A DNA stretch of 64,000 nt, taken from Alphaproteobacteria bacterium (lineage in GTDB: Bacteria; Pseudomonadota; Alphaproteobacteria; CAAHEQ01; UBA3637). Below, piece by piece: positions 37,301 to 45,319 of this stretch. The stretch is from the NCBI GenBank assembly GCA_017466695.1, contig JAFTTR010000023.1, forward strand, positions 49,583-113,582, in the 5' to 3' direction. The notes beneath the pieces are model-generated. The model worked only from the letters and a program-made list of their open reading frames with translations, ran no database searches and was not told the DNA's origin. The stretch's first letter is position 1, and each line of letters starts with the position of its first letter. The translations under genes and the position numbers were made by a program.

Positions 37301-40300
37301 CCAGCAAACGATACCTTGAGATTAGAGGCATTCCCATGTGTTTCAAGTGTTCCCCCAGTAATCGTGTTCGTCTTGGCAAAGTTCATCTTACGCGTATCAG
37401 CAATTGTGAGCCCTGCGCTTTGCGTGAATGTAGCACTACCCACATAACCATTCACCATACCATCTCCGAGGATAAGTGTTCCTGCCCCTGTTTTGTTGAT
37501 TTTACCATCTTGTTGATAAATACCACCATCAAGTGTACCAACTGTTCCTGTACCACCTGCGAAAGTAATCGTTCCAGCATTATAAATATCAGCGCCTTTG
37601 GCATTTGCACTATCTGTTGCTGAAACAGTGTTACCACTAAAGAGGAAACCATCATTAAATGTGATAGAACTATCATTATAAATCGCCCCACCGTTAGCAT
37701 AGCTACCTATTGCTTTATTTGATGTAAAGATAACCTTATCATTAAACGAAATTGTCGCTGAAGGACCATTATAAATCGCCCCACCTAAAACACTAGAAGC
37801 CGTTGCAGAGTTTTCTGTAAAAATGGCTATATTATTGAATTTCATTCCTCCGTCATTGAAAATTGCCCCACCTGAAGCAGATGAACTTCCAGTAGAAACC
37901 GTGTTCTTTTCAAAAACAACCTCACCCACAAAATCAGTATCTGTTTGTTGGCTCGCATAAATTGCACCTCCTCGAGCTTCAACATTTTTACTTATCACAG
38001 AGTTATTTATAAATGATGTATTTCCTTTAAATGCTATATTTGAAGTATAATCATTATAAACAGCGCCTCCCCCCTGGTCGTAGCCACCTACTCCATTTAC
38101 TAAGTTTCCTGTAAATGACGTTACACCATCAACTGTAAGCGTGCCATTGTTATAAATTGCACCTCCTTTATAAGCATTATATTCACCAGAGGTAACTTCA
38201 TTATCCTTAAACAGGGCTCCATTTGAGGCATTTAATGTTAATGTTCCTTCATTTCTAACAGCGCTTGATGTGGCGCCTTGTACAACAACGTTATCAAGGT
38301 TAACGGTTGCTGTTGTATCTGAGGCTACTGTAATGACACTGCTAGCGCCATCGATGGTTACGTTCTTAAGAGTTGCCTCCCCTGCGTTTGAAGAGGTATA
38401 TTCCAACACCTTATAACCATTGGCTTGAATGATACTTTCTGAAGCATTACTTGTTGCCCCAATGATTTGTTTTTTATTTGTCCCAACTGGACCCATTGAA
38501 CTTGCAACTGGATTTGATGGGTTTTGATCCACGCTTGTGATTTGATAGGTATAAATGCCATCATTCAAATCCCCAGCCGTGGCCATATTAAACAAAGCGC
38601 TATAGTTCGAGCGTACCATTTTCCCAAGGTTAGTGTATTCAACAACGGAGACTGGAGTCCCTGTAATCGTGATATATTGCTCCCCTGCGATAACATTTGC
38701 AATCAACCCATCTAAGATACCATCCAATTCGAATGATTTTGTGTTGGCGAATGTGGCGCCCCCCTTCAATGCTTGATATGTTTCAACATTCTCAATACTT
38801 GTGATTAAACTTGTGTCAAGCGCTGTTAAATCAAACACAATCTGGGCAACTGTTGTGTCAATAATATCCCCAAAGTCCATTGATAAATCAATGTTTGTTG
38901 CTTGTAAGTTATTGAATGTTAAATGGTCTTTTGTCCCATTAATCAAGTTCATTGAACTTGTATCTGACAAAGCATAGTTCCCAGCATACGTAAGTGTTCC
39001 ACTGCCAAAGCTGACATCAGCATCTTTAAAGGTAACCACTGCTGCCTTTGAGGTGCTGGCAATGTCTGAGCTCAGTTTATAATGAGCCTTATCAATCGTG
39101 TTAGAGGTCAAAAGTTTGCCTGTTACATCATAGGCAGTGTATTTAATCGAGCCATCTGTGTTATAAACAACATTCCCATCTGAATCCAGTTCTGGAACAA
39201 CCTTAGTTGAAGCAAGTGCAACTTCTTCAGCTTTTGCTGAATCCGTATAGGCGCCAAAGACAACCTCTGCCCCTTTCACTGTAAGGCTCGTTGGCAAGCT
39301 GGCTTCTTGACTTGAGCTGTTCGTGGTTAAATAGGTGAGTTGAGCGCCATTTGAAACTGTGGCTGTTAAGTCACTTAAAGTACCTCCATGAACTCTGAGT
39401 TCCCCACCTGTGATGGTTTGCGTTTCCCCAAGTTTGAAGTTGCTTGTGTTGGCAATCGTAAGCCCTGCGCTTTGCGTAAAGGATGAAATTCTACCATAGT
39501 TATTCACCATACCATCCCCTAAAATGAGTGTCCCTGCCCCTGTTTTGTTGATTGTAGCAGAAGATTGATAAATACCCCCATCTAAAGAGCCAACTGTTCC
39601 TGTACCACCTGCGAAAATAATCGTTCCATCATTATAAATATCAGCGCCTTTAGCATTTGTAGTATTTGTGGCTGAAACAGTGTTGCCACTGAAGAGGAAC
39701 CCATCATTAAATGTGATAGAACTACAATTATAAATCGCCCCACCTTGAGCACTGTTTGTTGCTAAAATTTTATTATTTGTGAATGTTGCTTCTTCCTCAA
39801 ATGAAATATCTCCAAGACTATTAAAAATCGCTCCACCCCAAATATAACTGGACGCACCTGTTGCTGTTGCATTTATTGAGTTATTTGTAAAAGTAGTGGT
39901 CCCATCAAACTCAATGCTCCCACTATTATAAATCGCCCCACCACCCGTAGAATACTCTCCTGTGGCAGTTAGTGAATTGTTTGCAAATGAAGTTGCACCC
40001 TTAAATGTAATTGTCCCATCATAATAATTATAAATCACTCCACCACTAGCAAAATCACCGGTTGCAGTATTACCTGTAAATATAGCAGCCTTATTAAACG
40101 TAAGAGTAGATTCACCATAAAGAGCCTCCCTAGAATTAGAAATCACGCCACCTAAAACATTAGAACCCGTTGCAGAGTTATTTGTAAATATGGCATCATC
40201 AACAAATTCAATGGTTCCATTTTTATTATAAATCGTCCCACCTTCAACAGCAACAACTGAACCTGTACCTGTTACCGAGTTGCTTAAAAACTCAGCAGTC

Positions 40301-42846
40301 GAACCAAACTCAATTACACCTCTTTCATTATAAATTGCCCCACCAGCTACAGTTGATGCATCACCCTCAATCAAGTTCCGTTGAAAGGAAACAGCTTCAG
40401 TGAACTTGATTAAAGAAGATAAATCTAAACTAGTAGTATTATAAATCGCACCACCTAAAACGTTAGAACCCATTACTGAGTTATTTGCAAATGATGTTTC
40501 TCCATTAAATATAATTGAACTATCAGAGACGCTATAAATCGCCCCACCATGAAGAGAAGAGTCACCTGACAAAGCGCTATTTTTAAAATTCATTGCGCCA
40601 TTAAAGATGAGTGAGCTACTACCTGTAGTATCTAACCTTGAATTGTCAAAGGTGTAATTGGTTGCATAGGTGCCAGTTGCAACGGTTACGTCAGCGTCTT
40701 TAAAAATAACTTCCGAAGCACCAGTGATATCAGCTGTTAAGTTATAGCTTGCTCTATCAATGGTACTAGCTGTTAAAAGGTTTGCGCTTGCATCATACCC
40801 AGAAAAAAACGTATTATCGCTTATTAAATCAAGCTCTGCTTGTTTTTCAGCCGATGTATAAGCCCCCAAAGTTAAAACAACATCCGTGAGTGATACTGTG
40901 CTTGGCAAGGCAATATCTAGCACTGAGCTGTTCGTGGTTAAATAGGTGAGCTGGGCACCATCTGAAACACTGGCTGTTAAGTTAGATAAACTATCCCCAT
41001 GAAGTTTTAAATGTGTCCCCTCGCCTGAAATGGTTTGTGTTTCCCCAAGGTTGAAGTTGCTTGTATTGGCAATGGTGAGCCCTGCTGTTTGCGTAAAGGA
41101 TGGGGTGAACGTTTCATTTTCATCAGAGGTATATGTTTCCCAGCTATTAACAGCATTATCCCCTAAAATAAGCGTCCCTGCACCTGTTTTGTTAATTGTA
41201 CCTCCTAACTGATGAATGCCACCATCTAAAGTACCAATTGTTCCTTCGCCAGCAGCAAAAATAATACTACTCTTTTCACCATTATAAATATCAGCCCCTT
41301 TGGCACTTGCGCTATCTGATGATGTTACCTTATTTTCAGTGAAGAGGAAGTTTTTGTTAAACGTTGTTGTACCATAGTTGTAAAGCGCACCCCCTAAAGC
41401 CAAACTGGTTGAAGTTGACTTTGCTTGATTTTTTTTAAATGTAACATTGTCGTTAAATGTCACTGTACCCTTATTATTCGTGCGAATAGCGCCCCCTCTG
41501 GTATTAGTAGCACCAGTTGCTATGTTGCCTTCAAACGTTGTAACACCTGAAAATGTAATCGAATCTTTGTTATAAATAGCGCCTCCTTGCGCAACACCTG
41601 AGGAAGATGTGGCCGTGTTATTTTTAAACTCCGTCACACCTGAAAATGTTACACTCGCTCCATCAGAATCATTGTAAATCGCCCCACCATAAGCATTCCC
41701 ATCTGTCCCCGTGGCTTTGACTGAGTTCCCTGAAAATGAAGCTCCTTTTTCAAACGTAACTGTGGTCGCAGTAGCCGTACTTGATAGATAATTGTAAATC
41801 GCCCCACCAGAAGCACTTTTAGATTCGGCTGAGGTGGAAGCTGAATTCCCACTAAACGTAGCCATATCTTTAAATGTCAGCGTTGAGGTACCAAGATAAC
41901 CCGTATAAATCGCCCCACCAACTGCAGAAGTACTTGTTGCAGTAGTTTTGTTGTTTGAGAATGTGGCAGTTTTTTGAAATTCCAGCGAACCATTCGTATT
42001 ACCAATCGCCCCACCTAGACGGGAAGCTGTATTCCCAGTGAATGTGGCCGTATTTTTAAATATAAATGATGAATCATAAGCATCAATTGCCCCACCATCA
42101 CTAGCAGAGTTATTTGTAAAGGAAGCTGTATTATTAAATGTATTGGTTGATTCATCAGCCCAAATCGCCCCACCATCACCTCCAGCAGAGTTACTTGTAA
42201 AAGTAGCTGCTTTATTAAATATAAGAGTTGGATTAGTTGCAATCCCATTATAAATTGCACCTCCATCACCAGCAGCCGAGTTATTTGAAAATGTAGCTGT
42301 ACCACCAAATGTTATCTTCCCCTCGTTATCAATTGCCCCAGCCCAAGGAATAATACCACCATCAATCACACTATTAGATTTGAATGTTGTATCCCCAGCA
42401 AAGAAAATTGTTCCACTATTATAAATCGCCGCAGCATGACTCCGATCATCTGAGTTTGAGGGAAAGGATGCTGTAATTTTATTATTACTAAAAGAAAGAT
42501 GTCCGGCACCTAAAAATGAAATTGTCCCAGCATTCCTTAAACGACCACCGATAAACCCTGTACCAGTAAGGTTCACGGATTTTAAGGCGATAAGGCCTGT
42601 GCTTGCGTTTTCTTCACTTTCAGCATAAGTGACGGAAATGTTCGTTCCACTCGCAACAATCGTTGTTGTTGATGAAGAAGCTAAATCTGATTTTAACGTT
42701 GCTGCATTCGTTGCCGTTCCTGAAACAGCAGGAACAGAAAAAGCCCCCAAACTAAAAGCCAACACATTCAAGAGGAAACATTTTTTCAACAAATTAAAAT
42801 ATCTTTTTTTTGATTTTCCAAGTATTAAACAGGTATAATTTTTCAT
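34327..42846 (-). CDS. Giant modular autotransporter (~2840 aa) with Pmp-like GGAIYN repeats
   Basis: Dozens of GGAIYN / F..N repeats, three INKTGAGTLILG modules, beta-barrel ending AKYKF; start ATG 42846 after a GAAGGGGG RBS. Confidence 0.9.
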   Translation of the reverse strand: MKNYTCLILGKSKKRYFNLLKKCFLLNVLAFSLGAFSVPAVSGTATNAATLKSDLASSSTTTIVASGTNISVTYAESEENASTGLIALKSVNLTGTGFIGGRLRNAGTISFLGAGHLSFSNNKITASFPSNSDDRSHAAAIYNSGTIFFAGDTTFKSNSVIDGGIIPWAGAIDNEGKITFGGTATFSNNSAAGDGGAIYNGIATNPTLIFNKAATFTSNSAGGDGGAIWADESTNTFNNTASFTNNSASDGGAIDAYDSSFIFKNTATFTGNTASRLGGAIGNTNGSLEFQKTATFSNNKTTATSTSAVGGAIYTGYLGTSTLTFKDMATFSGNSASTSAESKSASGGAIYNYLSSTATATTVTFEKGASFSGNSVKATGTDGNAYGGAIYNDSDGASVTFSGVTEFKNNTATSSSGVAQGGAIYNKDSITFSGVTTFEGNIATGATNTRGGAIRTNNKGTVTFNDNVTFKKNQAKSTSTSLALGGALYNYGTTTFNKNFLFTENKVTSSDSASAKGADIYNGEKSSIIFAAGEGTIGTLDGGIHQLGGTINKTGAGTLILGDNAVNSWETYTSDENETFTPSFTQTAGLTIANTSNFNLGETQTISGEGTHLKLHGDSLSNLTASVSDGAQLTYLTTNSSVLDIALPSTVSLTDVVLTLGAYTSAEKQAELDLISDNTFFSGYDASANLLTASTIDRASYNLTADITGASEVIFKDADVTVATGTYATNYTFDNSRLDTTGSSSLIFNGAMNFKNSALSGDSSLHGGAIYSVSDSSIIFNGETSFANNSVMGSNVLGGAIYNTTSLDLSSLIKFTEAVSFQRNLIEGDASTVAGGAIYNERGVIEFGSTAEFLSNSVTGTGSVVAVEGGTIYNKNGTIEFVDDAIFTNNSATGSNVLGGVISNSREALYGESTLTFNKAAIFTGNTATGDFASGGVIYNYYDGTITFKGATSFANNSLTATGEYSTGGGAIYNSGSIEFDGTTTFTNNSINATATGASSYIWGGAIFNSLGDISFEEEATFTNNKILATNSAQGGAIYNCSSITFNDGFLFSGNTVSATNTTNAKGADIYNDGTIIFAGGTGTVGSLDGGIYQSSATINKTGAGTLILGDGMVNNYGRISSFTQSAGLTIANTSNFKLGETQTITGGELRVHGGTLSDLTATVSNGAQLTYLTTNSSSQEASLPTSLTVKGAEVVFGAYTDSAKAEEVALASTKVVPELDSDGNVVYNTDGSIKYTAYDVTGKLLTSNTIDKAHYKLSSDIASTSKAAVVTFKDADVSFGSGTLTYAGNYALSDTSSMNLINGTKDHLTFNNLQATNIDLSMDFGDIIDTTVAQIVFDLTALDTSLITSIENVETYQALKGGATFANTKSFELDGILDGLIANVIAGEQYITITGTPVSVVEYTNLGKMVRSNYSALFNMATAGDLNDGIYTYQITSVDQNPSNPVASSMGPVGTNKKQIIGATSNASESIIQANGYKVLEYTSSNAGEATLKNVTIDGASSVITVASDTTATVNLDNVVVQGATSSAVRNEGTLTLNASNGALFKDNEVTSGEYNAYKGGAIYNNGTLTVDGVTSFTGNLVNGVGGYDQGGGAVYNDYTSNIAFKGNTSFINNSVISKNVEARGGAIYASQQTDTDFVGEVVFEKNTVSTGSSSASGGAIFNDGGMKFNNIAIFTENSATASSVLGGAIYNGPSATISFNDKVIFTSNKAIGSYANGGAIYNDSSITFNDGFLFSGNTVSATDSANAKGADIYNAGTITFAGGTGTVGTLDGGIYQQDGKINKTGAGTLILGDGMVNGYVGSATFTQSAGLTIADTRKMNFAKTNTITGGTLETHGNASNLKVSFAGTDSSNKVVWKHYSTGGTSNLDNVSLNANSEAVFGTYTDDIKQGYIDAYVEDGATNTLFTTASVANGTKTTYALNKDIAQNGGKVTFKDANIKLGASSYVGAYVVDNSNTIDMQNNQQDETTFTNLTGSEANLLIDMIFNQEEDGSISLTTDKLTTKTDYAFGSVEFNVSGQELLNAFINNLILDQTGEFDPAIKYETAVLGGKATFKETSSALLSNTSPYVYEMKTEDQTVSIEANKIKDTPLEYLAKYEGNATLQMDASAQGGANYEVSSDETIDTLSGGDKKILGASTVATESTIQANGKDLFKLDNQNTSLEVKNITIDGANTVVDNQKGDVLLENVIIQDSTAGTVVKNASQMALTQVTVDQNIENTGSLEAINVKANALNNKGVLTARGLDLAKLTNSGDTAIVTLSGVNTLEQVENNSTVTMSDGQLSLTNLTGVGTLNMNNATLDVAGKFSTSNDLIANNLTIGSNAQDLSFAKVVVQEGGFLDIGKSTLHGDTVSFNDNSKLITHINALSGTEYGKVSGNTIHVSDKGTELAIVVATGEHFTTGYKNFTLLDAETLNAPAESGFARVLENSMYDIYYIGNGEYQLCTKGSDCPGSGKAPVEPTPPPAPSKKPGVCKGIHCIHDEFVLGEPIEEEGKPKEIQDTLNDMAQILGPNSKEYIAALEGLAPDTSALIQSHSFEIINRLSTIVSKQLSTASEQTGYTHRGYRFYKFPKKESRMWVQTIYGTSEISGAKGFDMDTTGLAFGFDTPIADNSKIGLAYAHMKADGSAVQRDTDITSHVIMAYGEYNPSRVYVNWQALYGRSSYEENKKVFQHRIKADYDVDMLSAQVMVGKKMGPFVSKNWATGVISPEMGLRYTYLKQHEYEDEAGQRVASSDTQILTGVLGVSYSIGYRLSPVISWYPELRIASTYDLIEPEFENKITLPNGALYQVDGESMDRFGIEIGARVGFDVNRKAEIAFEYEGNFKGDYTNHTGKASAKYKF
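37340..37690 (-). repeat. Passenger module copy 3
   Basis: High nucleotide similarity to ~39390-39740 (SSITFNDGFLFSGNTVSAT...KGADIYN...INKTGAGTLILGDGMVN...FTQSAGLTIA). Boundaries approximate. Confidence 0.8.
39310..39740 (-). repeat. Passenger module copy 2
   Basis: Similar to copies 1 and 3; includes an exact 27-bp match 39313-39339 = 40924-40950. Confidence 0.8.
40920..41310 (-). repeat. Passenger module copy 1
   Basis: KGADIYNG...INKTGAGTLILGD...FTQTAGLTIANTSNF.LGETQTI...GAQLTYLTTNSS. Confidence 0.75.
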
Positions 42847-42957
42847 CAAATGTCCCCCTTCATAAAATGACATGATACCCTGTCAAAATCCATCAACACA
42901 TAGAAAAACAAAAAAATATCTCCTTCATTTTCTCATTTTTCTTTCGTTCATATACTA

Positions 42958-42987
42958 ATTATAGCACTTTTTTTGTATTTGTACCAA
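42958..42987 (-). promoter_or_regulatory. Extended -10 promoter of the giant autotransporter
   Basis: Minus strand TTGGTA-N18-TATAAT with TGc extension; homologous to the 11239-11269 promoter. Confidence 0.65.
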
Positions 42988-43146
42988 AAATTTTTCAAAA
43001 AAAGAGCTTATTTTTTTAATATTTTCTTACATTATATTGATTTTAAAAGAAAATTTAAAATATTAAACAAGTCAAAAAAAAAGCAAATCACCCCTTTTTT
43101 TGGGTTTAAACATTAAAAAAAAGCGTTATTTTAATAAGGAGTATGA

Positions 43147-43186
43147 AAAAATAAAGCCCCTATTCACTGACAGGGGCTTTATTTTT
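43147..43186. terminator. Intrinsic terminator (15-bp perfect stem)
   Basis: AAAAATAAAGCCCCT-10 nt-AGGGGCTTTATTTTT; insulates the autotransporter promoter from the upstream gene. Confidence 0.8.
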
Positions 43187-43212
43187 AATCAACCAAACAT
43201 GATATAAAATAT

Positions 43213-43869
43213 TTACTTTGCCATCAAAAGGGAACCCGTCTTTTGAATAATCGTATAATCTTTAAAAAGATTTCTATCTAAAATGTCCTCTGCCTTTTCT
43301 TCCAACAATTGACAAACAGCTGTATTTTCCGTCTGTGATGGGTCTAACTGATATTCTTTTTGAAAAATAAGATTCATTTTATCAAAATCAGCTGAAATTG
43401 TCTTATTCAACACACGAGAGAACTTATATCTAATTTTTGAAAACACAGAGCCGAGCTCTTCCCCTCTTGAACCTTTTAAATACCCACGTAAAAAGTCTGC
43501 CTCCTTTTGAAACTTACTCATAAATTTAGCTGGATAATTGCTTAAAGGAACCCCTAACTTGGTGCAGTATTCATCATATCCAATATAATGGCGATACATA
43601 ATCATAGAAAGTGTTATAGATTGTTGGTCATGGTGTAATTCTTGCTTCGAAACAGGGAAAACGCTCACTTCAACTCGATGTTTTAACAAAAGAATACTTG
43701 GAACAACAACCAACAAAACAGCCAATGCTAAAATAAAATAACTTAATCTTTTTCGTCTGAGCTTATCTTCACTTTCAGATAAAAAACAATTCCCCCTATC
43801 AAAAACTTTACATACTTTTTTGCGTTTATTTTGCGTGCGTCTATATGTTTTTTTTAACACTTTAAGCAT
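43213..43869 (-). CDS. Hypothetical single-pass membrane protein
   Basis: Basic N-terminus, one TM segment (YFILALAVLLVVVPSILLL), GGAG RBS. Confidence 0.65.
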   Translation of the reverse strand: MLKVLKKTYRRTQNKRKKVCKVFDRGNCFLSESEDKLRRKRLSYFILALAVLLVVVPSILLLKHRVEVSVFPVSKQELHHDQQSITLSMIMYRHYIGYDEYCTKLGVPLSNYPAKFMSKFQKEADFLRGYLKGSRGEELGSVFSKIRYKFSRVLNKTISADFDKMNLIFQKEYQLDPSQTENTAVCQLLEEKAEDILDRNLFKDYTIIQKTGSLLMAK

Positions 43870-43966
43870 TCAAAAGTCTCCTTTTTTAGGTTATTTTATA
43901 CCCCATCACTTTTTTTTGTTTTATTTATTCTAATTGTTTTTAAAAAAAGACGCAACTTTTTTTGTA

Positions 43967-43997
43967 AAAAAGAAGAGGGATTTTTTTATCCCCCTTC
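43967..43997 (-). terminator. Terminator of the ECF/Spy operon
   Basis: GAAGGGGGAT-aaaaa-ATCCCTCTTC plus T tract on the minus strand. Confidence 0.65.
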
Positions 43998-44004
43998 ATT
44001 CATT

Positions 44005-44448
44005 TTAATCTTCTACCTTATTTTTCATACCCTTATGCATCCGTTTTTTATGATGCTTCATTTTAGATTTTCTTTCTGTCTTTATCTGTTCAAGGGTCTT
44101 TTTTTGATCTTCAGTTAAAATAGATTCAAATTCTTTTTTGTTATTTTCACGAATGGTATCTGCTTTTTGACGCAAATCCTTCATCTGTTTTTTAATATCT
44201 TCCATTTCTGCCTTGCTTTTTTGATGAATAGCAGAAGCTTTTTCTTGTTGTTCCTCTGTTAACCCTAATTTTTTAACAAAGTTTTCTTTCATTTCTTTTC
44301 GCATTTCTTTTTTATGCGCTTGAATATCTTGAACTTTTTGAGCAATCTCAGTTAGAGAAACTTGGTTTTGAACCCCCTCCCCAGTTGCCAACGCAGCACC
44401 AGATATCATCACAGTCCCCATTAACATTAATAAAATTTGTTTTTTCAT
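44005..44448 (-). CDS. Spy/CpxP-family periplasmic chaperone
   Basis: Signal peptide, two LTxxQ motifs (LGLTEEQ, ILTEDQ), Met/Lys/His-rich ends. Confidence 0.8.
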   Translation of the reverse strand: MKKQILLMLMGTVMISGAALATGEGVQNQVSLTEIAQKVQDIQAHKKEMRKEMKENFVKKLGLTEEQQEKASAIHQKSKAEMEDIKKQMKDLRQKADTIRENNKKEFESILTEDQKKTLEQIKTERKSKMKHHKKRMHKGMKNKVED

Positions 44449-44449
44449 A

Positions 44450-44944
44450 TTATTCTCCTTTCAAATATGCTAATTTTTCACTTAATATTTCTCTTGCACT
44501 AAACAATCTTGACTTTACCGTCCCTAATGAAATACCTAATTTCTTAGAAATTTCTTCATAACTTAACTCTTCAAACTCGTACAAATTAACAACTTCACGC
44601 ATCTTTGAGGGTAAACTATCAACTGCTTTTAATATGGCTTTTTGCCTTTCTTTTTGAAGTTGCAATTCTAAAGCTGAAACAGATTTGTTATCTTGGAGAG
44701 CGCTTTCTTCAACATCAGCCTTTTGATTCATAGACTTGAAATAGGCACTTTTAAAGTAGTCTTTCGCCACATTTTGTGCAATTGTCTTCAACCAAGCAAC
44801 AAGTTTACCTTCTTCATGATACTTTTCCTTATTCTCAAGTGCTTTTAAATAAACCTCCTGCTCAATGTCCTCATTATAAGAGCCGGTCACTTTTTTGATA
44901 ATACCACGAATATAAGGATGTATATTGCGATATGTATAGCTCAT
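44450..44944 (-). CDS. ECF sigma-70 factor
   Basis: EDIEQEVYLKA, AWLKTIAQN..KDYF (region 2); LSYEEISKKLGISLGTVKSRLFSAR (region 4). Confidence 0.92.
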   Translation of the reverse strand: MSYTYRNIHPYIRGIIKKVTGSYNEDIEQEVYLKALENKEKYHEEGKLVAWLKTIAQNVAKDYFKSAYFKSMNQKADVEESALQDNKSVSALELQLQKERQKAILKAVDSLPSKMREVVNLYEFEELSYEEISKKLGISLGTVKSRLFSAREILSEKLAYLKGE

Positions 44945-45210
44945 GAGCGCTCCATCAATTCATATTCGTCCATAGGCAAAAGCGTTTCTGCCTCAGTTAA
45001 AAGATAAAAATCTTGATTATACACTTCATCATCATAAAGATAGGTATAAAAATCTTGATTTGCTATCGTCCTTGTTGGCATTTGCATCATAAACACACCT
45101 AATAATAAACAAGAAGCAACCCCCACAGAGATATTCTTTATCATCCGTCTTTGTCGTTTTCGTTTAAAATAAAGTGGCTTTGCCTCTTTGATTAAGTTTG
45201 AAATATCCAT
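44941..45210 (-). CDS. Putative small anti-sigma factor (single TM)
   Basis: 89 aa with one TM segment; stop overlaps the sigma start (ATGA); GGAGG RBS. Confidence 0.55.
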   Translation of the reverse strand: MDISNLIKEAKPLYFKRKRQRRMIKNISVGVASCLLLGVFMMQMPTRTIANQDFYTYLYDDEVYNQDFYLLTEAETLLPMDEYELMERS

Positions 45211-45319
45211 TGTTTAGTACCTCCACACATACTTAAACGATATAGCATAAAAAAAGTTCATTTTAAATTCATTTTTTTTAATGATTGACCAAAAATAAAA
45301 AAAAGATTAGGATACTTGC

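Noticed and set aside
34327-42846. Regularly recurring ATAAATCGCCCCACC DNA motif resembling CRISPR repeats
   Set aside because: These are in-frame codons for GGAIYN protein repeats with variable spacing inside one ORF. No cas genes are present.
42847-43146. Possible inverted repeats around the giant autotransporter promoter
   Set aside because: I found only a short imperfect match (ATATCTCCTTCATT versus the reverse complement near 43130), nothing like the 25-bp perfect pair at 11195/11445. Not called as a switch.
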